Of a DNA stretch of 64,000 bases, positions 58,903 through 64,000 are shown piece by piece. Source of the stretch: an uncultured Acholeplasma sp. (GTDB lineage: Bacteria; Bacillota_I; Bacilli_A; Acholeplasmatales; Acholeplasmataceae); the NCBI GenBank assembly GCA_937934685.1, contig CALGYU010000019.1:7373-71372 (forward strand), written 5' to 3'. Position numbers and translations under genes: made by a program. Below the pieces are notes generated by a model that was not told the origin of the DNA, did no database searches, and saw nothing but the letters and a program-made list of their open reading frames with translations. Positions within the stretch are counted from its first letter, which is position 1. Every line of letters starts with the position of its first letter.

Positions 58903-59610
58903 ATGTATAAGATGAAGTATCAAGTGTTAAGTAGTGAAGTAGATGAAAAAAGTGAATTAAAGTTAATGTCATTGGTTAATATTTTACAAGATTGTGAAGG
59001 ATTACATATTGATGGCTTAAAGGTTTTTAAAGAAGAGTTAATGAAAGAGAAAATAGGTATTTTCTTATCATTTAGACAAGTAAACATTCTTAAAAAACCT
59101 AAACTTTTTGATACGTTATATTTAGAAACGTTTCCCTATGAAACCAAAGGATACTTTGGATATCGTAACACCATCATTTATAATGAAAAAAGAGAAGTTT
59201 TAGTAACAACCAATGTTTTAGGTACTTTTACAAGTCTTCAAACGTTAAGACCGACAAAAGTTTTACAATCAGCGTTAGATACGCTAGATGAAGAACCTAA
59301 GTTTGATATGAAATATTTACCTAGAAAAATAGATTTAAAAAATATTGAATTAGTTAAAGAAGGGTATCCTACTCATATTCAAAAAGTTCATATCGATTCA
59401 TATCATCATTTAAACAATGCTTTTTATGTTGCTTTTGCTGAAAATATGATTCCTGATGATTTTAAGGTGGAAATTTTTAGAGCAGAATATAAAGCACCTG
59501 TCCTTAGAGGTGATGTGGTTAAACCTATTTTATATAAGAAAGAAAACAACTATATTGTCATTATAGAAAATCAAAAAAATGAGGTTTGTGCGATTATCGA
59601 ATTTAGATAG
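58903..59610 (+). CDS. Acyl-ACP thioesterase family protein
   Basis: Double hot-dog layout, IDSYHHLNNAFY motif. Confidence 0.85.
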   Translation: MYKMKYQVLSSEVDEKSELKLMSLVNILQDCEGLHIDGLKVFKEELMKEKIGIFLSFRQVNILKKPKLFDTLYLETFPYETKGYFGYRNTIIYNEKREVLVTTNVLGTFTSLQTLRPTKVLQSALDTLDEEPKFDMKYLPRKIDLKNIELVKEGYPTHIQKVHIDSYHHLNNAFYVAFAENMIPDDFKVEIFRAEYKAPVLRGDVVKPILYKKENNYIVIIENQKNEVCAIIEFR

Positions 59611-59686
59611 AGTTTTCTTGAAAAAAATAAATTCTAATGTATAATATATATGGTTTAAAACCAATAAAATGAAATGAGGTCATGAC

Positions 59687-60661
59687 ATGATTTTTGATTA
59701 TGAAGATATTCAGTTAGTCCCAAACAAATGTATTGTAAATAGTAGAAGTGAATGCGATACAACCGTTAAGTTTGGCAAATATGTGTTTAAGATGCCTGTG
59801 GTTCCTGCGAATATGGGTACCATTATTGATGAAGAATTAGCATTTTGGTTAGCTGAAAATGGATATTTTTATATTATGCACCGATTTGATGAGAAAAACA
59901 GAAAACCATTCATCAAAAAAACTAAAGAAAAAGGATTGATTTCCTCTATTAGTGTGGGTGTTAAAAAATATGAATACGATTTTGTTTTAGAGTTAAAAAA
60001 TGAAGGGTTAGTTCCTGATTATATTACCATTGATATTGCACATGGTCATTCTGATGCAGTGATTGAAATGATTAAGTTCATTAAAGAACATTTACCTCAT
60101 ACATTTGTTATTGCTGGTAACGTTGCAACACCTGAAGCAGTACGCGAATTAGAAAACGCAGGAGCTGATGCAACAAAAGTTGGTATTGGACCTGGAAAAG
60201 TTTGTATCACCAAACTAAAAACTGGTTTTGGAACTGGTGGTTGGCAACTTGCAGCTTTAAATAGATGTTCAAAGGTTGCTAGAAAGCCACTCATCGCAGA
60301 TGGTGGGATTAGAAACCATGGTGATATCGCTAAATCTATTAGATTTGGAGCTACTTTATGTATGATTGGATCTTTATTTGCAGGACATGAAGAATCGCCT
60401 GGGAAAACCATTATGGTTGATGGTAAAAAGATGAAGGAATACTACGGTAGTGCCTCTGAATTTCAAAAAGGTGAAAGAACCAACGTTGAAGGAAAAAAGA
60501 TTGTGGTACCTTATAAAGGACACATTAAAGATACATTAATTGAAATGCAACAAGATTTACAATCATCTATTTCATATGCGGGTGGAAAAGATTTAGAGTC
60601 TATTACCAAAGTGGATTACGTGATTGTTAAAAACTCTATTTTTAATGGAGACTGGTCATAA
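59687..60661 (+). CDS. guaC: GMP reductase
   Basis: [53 protein letters not shown]. Confidence 0.97.
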   Translation: MIFDYEDIQLVPNKCIVNSRSECDTTVKFGKYVFKMPVVPANMGTIIDEELAFWLAENGYFYIMHRFDEKNRKPFIKKTKEKGLISSISVGVKKYEYDFVLELKNEGLVPDYITIDIAHGHSDAVIEMIKFIKEHLPHTFVIAGNVATPEAVRELENAGADATKVGIGPGKVCITKLKTGFGTGGWQLAALNRCSKVARKPLIADGGIRNHGDIAKSIRFGATLCMIGSLFAGHEESPGKTIMVDGKKMKEYYGSASEFQKGERTNVEGKKIVVPYKGHIKDTLIEMQQDLQSSISYAGGKDLESITKVDYVIVKNSIFNGDWS

Positions 60662-60663
60662 AG

Positions 60664-60689
60664 AAAAAGCGATGTATTCGCTTTTTTTT
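60664..60689 (+). terminator. Terminator after guaC
   Basis: aaaaagcga-tgtat-tcgcttttt followed by T run. Confidence 0.75.
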
Positions 60690-60733
60690 ATGAGTTTTTA
60701 AGTAAAAAATGTTATAATACTTTTGGTGATATT

Positions 60734-61372
60734 ATGACATTTGGAAGTATAGTCTTCAAATATAGAAAAAAAGCGAAATTATCAGAACAAGAATTAGCAG
60801 TCAGACTTAAGGTTAAACCTAAGTTGATTCAATATTGGGAAAATGATCAATTAATGCCTTCAGAAAAACATTTTCAAAATTTAATTTATTTCTTAAGAAT
60901 TCCTGAAAAAGAAGTTGTTGAACGATATGTCATTAGAAGAGAGGCACATCATTTAGAAAAATCAGGAATGATTTTACTATTTATATTGATTGCGACCTTA
61001 GGTTCTTATTTACTGCCTTTTTTCAATCAAAATGGCGCTGCCTTTTTGTTTGCACCTAAACTTAATCTAACAGATTATATTATAGCTTATGTTGCCATGT
61101 GGTTTCATATAGTGGCTGTGTTTGTAACTTTAGGCATGTTGTTAAAGTACTTTATTAATTCAAGAGTAACTCAACAAAAAAAGCTTTATGAACTTTTAAA
61201 ATACCCATTGATCGTAACAAGTATTTCTTCTGTAGTACCTATGATTCAACATTTTTTTGAGTTAAAAATGGGTTATTTTGCTATTTTTACGTTTAGTATG
61301 CTTTACTTAATTGTTTATTTAATCAGATATAGAAAAATGAGAAGACTCATGATTATAGGAGAAGAAGCATGA
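60734..61372 (+). CDS. XRE-family HTH protein with four C-terminal TM helices
   Basis: RKKAKLSEQELA.RLKV....IQYWEND...P HTH followed by hydrophobic segments. Confidence 0.8.
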   Translation: MTFGSIVFKYRKKAKLSEQELAVRLKVKPKLIQYWENDQLMPSEKHFQNLIYFLRIPEKEVVERYVIRREAHHLEKSGMILLFILIATLGSYLLPFFNQNGAAFLFAPKLNLTDYIIAYVAMWFHIVAVFVTLGMLLKYFINSRVTQQKKLYELLKYPLIVTSISSVVPMIQHFFELKMGYFAIFTFSMLYLIVYLIRYRKMRRLMIIGEEA

Positions 61373-61941
61373 TACTAACATCTAATGAAATTATTTTAAT
61401 GTGTGCTTTGGGATTGTTTTCAATTATTTATATTTTATTTGTTAAAAAGAAGTTTGGAAAGAAAGTGTTATTAGTTTTAATATCACTTGGACTTTTCTTA
61501 TTTTTAGGACAAGTGAGTTTAAATGCTGAGTTTTCATATGAAATGGGCAATTTTTATCGTTTTTCATCGGAAATTGAAAAAATCATTGAATTTAACGAAT
61601 ATGAAGTGTTGATAGAAAAAACAGTTAATAAGAAAGAAAGTACCTCGGTTTACAAACCATATCTTTATAAAAAAGTATCTAATATTTACTATAGATCCAA
61701 TCAATTGGAAACATTAACTTTAATTAACTATGAATCAAAAAGTCATTTAAATGTTTATTATATTCAAGGTAAAGAACAAAGTATGATTTGGTTTGAACAA
61801 GTGGATTTAGAAATAGAATTGAATGTTGTAAGTGAGCAGGTTAATTATGAAGCATATTCTTATGTGATTTTTAATAACTTAGAAGAACTTGCATTACCAG
61901 ATGTGGTCATTAATGAAAAGTCATATACTTGGCTTCAATAA
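61369..61941 (+). CDS. Hypothetical membrane-anchored protein (2 N-terminal TMs, beta-rich soluble domain)
   Basis: ATGA overlap, GGAG SD, hydrophobic aa 7-50. Confidence 0.65.
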   Translation: MILTSNEIILMCALGLFSIIYILFVKKKFGKKVLLVLISLGLFLFLGQVSLNAEFSYEMGNFYRFSSEIEKIIEFNEYEVLIEKTVNKKESTSVYKPYLYKKVSNIYYRSNQLETLTLINYESKSHLNVYYIQGKEQSMIWFEQVDLEIELNVVSEQVNYEAYSYVIFNNLEELALPDVVINEKSYTWLQ

Positions 61942-61950
61942 ATAACGATA

Positions 61951-61985
61951 AAAAAAAGCTTTAACTATTTTGTTAAAGCTTTTTT
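61951..61985. terminator. Bidirectional terminator
   Basis: aaaaaagctttaac/gttaaagctttttt arms. Confidence 0.78.
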
Positions 61986-61996
61986 AATGACTTAAT

Positions 61997-63133
61997 TTAA
62001 GGTTTCATTGGAATTAAACTTGCAATTTTCTTAAAGTCCGTTGCAGTAATTGTCACACCAGCTATACTATCTACCGGTTTTCCATCATTACTTAATTGAA
62101 TATCAAAGTTTTGATTTGTAACCAAGTATTTAGCTGCAGCATTTGATGCCTCAAAGTATTCATATTGTCCAGGACCGTTAGGTTTTTTCATTAAATAACT
62201 AAGTCCTAATTGATTTTTGGTTAGTTTTTTAAGAGAACTTCTTACTAAAGGTGTAATGGTTTCAACCGTAGTTGTTTCGATAGTGGTAACAGTCGTAATT
62301 TCAACTTCACCCGTTTCTTTATTAATCGTACTCACTTCAGTACTGATTTCCTTGCTGGTTTTAACTATTTTTCTATCTACTTTTAAAATTGGATAAGACT
62401 TATCTCCAATAGTATGTTTTCTTGCTTTTCCAGTTTCATCAAAATCAACTAAATAACCAGTATATGCTTCATTAAAGTAAGCTAGAACTATCGTACCATT
62501 AACTACAACAAAGTTACCAAAAGAAAATGTTTTAAACTCTTCCCCCTCATTAACAACTGTTACGAGTTCTTCTAAAACTGAATCCCAGTAAACTGGTGCA
62601 AAACCATTAGCCGCTTCATTTTTTAAAGAAATGTAATGGAACCCATCTTCATACTTTCCTTTAGGTATGGCTGGTTGACTTAAAGCCATTTCTACTAGTT
62701 CATAAAAGTCAGTAGACTGGATACTAGCACCAGCAGGAATAGGTAATCTATCATTATAATCTTGAGATTCAATGAGTTTATCTACTAATAAATCAACTTG
62801 CTCATCCCATCTTGGTTTAGGGTTTTTATCGTCTAATTCTGATCCTTCCATGATATAAATCTTATCTTTTGATTGAACGTATTTATCTCTACCGTCATAA
62901 TTCTTCTTACTTAAATAATTATAACCTGCCAGTTCCCCTGCTATATGATAAGCACTCCAATGCGCATTAGTAATCTTATCGCCTTTCTTCTCAACAATCA
63001 CATAACTCACCCATGATGAATCCGGAGTAGGAGTCTTAGCTGCAAAATAGTATTCAGTACTCTTGCCACATGCTGTTAATAGCATCATGCTTAAAAGCAT
63101 TAAACCTGCTATCATAATTTTTTTTATTTTCAT
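61997..63133 (-). CDS. Lipoprotein with two FMN-binding (flavinylation)-like domains
   Basis: MKIKK...LLTAC lipobox after GGAGG SD; repeated K...Y.M...W/Y.E.......L...Q...AG[A/V][S/T]I...DF..L architecture. Confidence 0.72.
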   Translation of the reverse strand: MKIKKIMIAGLMLLSMMLLTACGKSTEYYFAAKTPTPDSSWVSYVIVEKKGDKITNAHWSAYHIAGELAGYNYLSKKNYDGRDKYVQSKDKIYIMEGSELDDKNPKPRWDEQVDLLVDKLIESQDYNDRLPIPAGASIQSTDFYELVEMALSQPAIPKGKYEDGFHYISLKNEAANGFAPVYWDSVLEELVTVVNEGEEFKTFSFGNFVVVNGTIVLAYFNEAYTGYLVDFDETGKARKHTIGDKSYPILKVDRKIVKTSKEISTEVSTINKETGEVEITTVTTIETTTVETITPLVRSSLKKLTKNQLGLSYLMKKPNGPGQYEYFEASNAAAKYLVTNQNFDIQLSNDGKPVDSIAGVTITATDFKKIASLIPMKP

Positions 63134-63284
63134 AGTTTGCCTCCCGAATCGCTTTTCTATAGTTTCATTATAAATTATTTGAAACATTTATACAAGAAAT
63201 ATTGTATAATATTAAAGGATTATAAACAACTTGTTGTATTAGGCTAAAAATGATAAAATAGTATCGGCATGAAAGGTAGATAGA

Positions 63285-64000
63285 ATGAAAAAAGAAACTT
63301 TAAACGAAAGACAAAAAAGAATAAGAAACTTTTCTATTATTGCACATATAGACCACGGAAAATCCACCTTAGCAGATAGAATTTTAGAATTGACCAATAC
63401 GGTTCAAACAAGAGAGATGAAAACTCAATTATTAGATTCAATGGAACTTGAAAGAGAACGCGGTATTACAATTAAACTTAACGCAGTTCAATTAAACTAT
63501 ACGTCAAAAGATGGTAATGAATACATTATGCATTTAATTGACACCCCGGGACACGTTGATTTTACATATGAAGTTTCAAGATCTTTAGCAGCTTGTGAAG
63601 GTGCTATTTTGGTTGTAGACGCTGCACAAGGTATTCAAGCACAAACACTTGCAAACGTTTATTTAGCCATTGATAATGATTTAGAAATTATACCTGTTTT
63701 AAATAAAATAGATTTACCAAGTGCAGATCCTGAAAAGGTGAGAGCAGAAATTGAAGAAGTTATTGGTATTCCAGCAGATGATGCTGTTTTGGCTAGTGGG
63801 AAATCAGGATTAGGTGTTTTAGATATTTTAGAAAAAGTGGTTACAGATGTTCCAGCACCGACTGGTGATGAAAATAAACCGTTACAGGCAATGGTTTTTG
63901 ACTCTTATTTTGATCAATATAGAGGCGTTATTCCATCTGTTAGAATCATTAACGGAACCGTTAAAAAAGGCGATGAGATTCGCTTTATGGCAAGTGGTGC
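63285..64000 (+). CDS. lepA: Elongation factor 4 (LepA), 5' part (runs off the window; not in the ORF track)
   Basis: Manual translation: [32 protein letters not shown]...ERERGITIK...[23 protein letters not shown]. Confidence 0.97.
   Translation, partial: MKKETLNERQKRIRNFSIIAHIDHGKSTLADRILELTNTVQTREMKTQLLDSMELERERGITIKLNAVQLNYTSKDGNEYIMHLIDTPGHVDFTYEVSRSLAACEGAILVVDAAQGIQAQTLANVYLAIDNDLEIIPVLNKIDLPSADPEKVRAEIEEVIGIPADDAVLASGKSGLGVLDILEKVVTDVPAPTGDENKPLQAMVFDSYFDQYRGVIPSVRIINGTVKKGDEIRFMASG

Noticed and set aside
59611-59686. Possible purine riboswitch upstream of guaC
   Set aside because: The promoter (TTGAAA-16-TATAAT) leaves only about 35 nt of leader with one tiny hairpin; no purine aptamer core
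1250-60411. Short antisense or overlapping ORFs in the track (for example 6194-6502, 12042-12374, 33332-33583, 43341-43643, 44804-45064, 48060-48437, 50082-50537, 60097-60411)
   Set aside because: They shadow well-supported genes and have no SD or recognisable motifs
1-64000. CRISPR arrays, tRNA/rRNA genes, IS elements, prophage, Mycoplasma-type UGA recoding
   Set aside because: No spaced repeat arrays, cloverleafs, transposases or phage genes seen; intergenic gaps are short; TGA acts as stop at conserved gene ends

Overview
AT-rich bacterial chromosomal segment that uses the standard genetic code (TGA is a stop, Trp is TGG). It has Firmicute-type gene orders and no peptidoglycan or division genes next to rsmH, which best fits an Acholeplasmatales (Mollicutes) genome; this assignment is an inference. 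Most of the window is housekeeping: rny-ymdB-ricA-like, mutSL-miaA-aroK-aroQ-efp, rluB-cmk-rpsA-der-gpsA-hup, rdgB, sodA, rqcH, gmk-rpoZ, rsmH-mgsA, a Fur-family gene, nadD-nadE-mnmA-recD2, rarA, apt-rel-dtd, a T-box-led GNAT-hisS-aspS-msrA-dCMP deaminase-lspA-rluD block, the lower mevalonate operon, guaC and the 5' part of lepA. Accessory material lies at about 16-28 kb, 39-42 kb, 54 kb and 60.7-63.1 kb. I saw no rRNA, tRNA, CRISPR array, transposase or phage gene. Best candidates for new biology: (1) a 1006-aa helical/sensory protein whose GGDEF and EAL domains look catalytically dead, overlapping a putative HEPN (RNx4H) nuclease gene; (2) a membrane-anchored protein with HeH (Rho-N/SAP/LEM-like) repeats plus InlB B-repeats in the slot between ricA and mutS; (3) an Asp(GAC) T-box whose first cistron is a RimJ-like acetyltransferase; (4) scattered pectin-related genes, one operon having a perfect palindromic operator; (5) a two-domain FMN-binding-type lipoprotein. 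All protein calls come from visual motif recognition; no searches were run.
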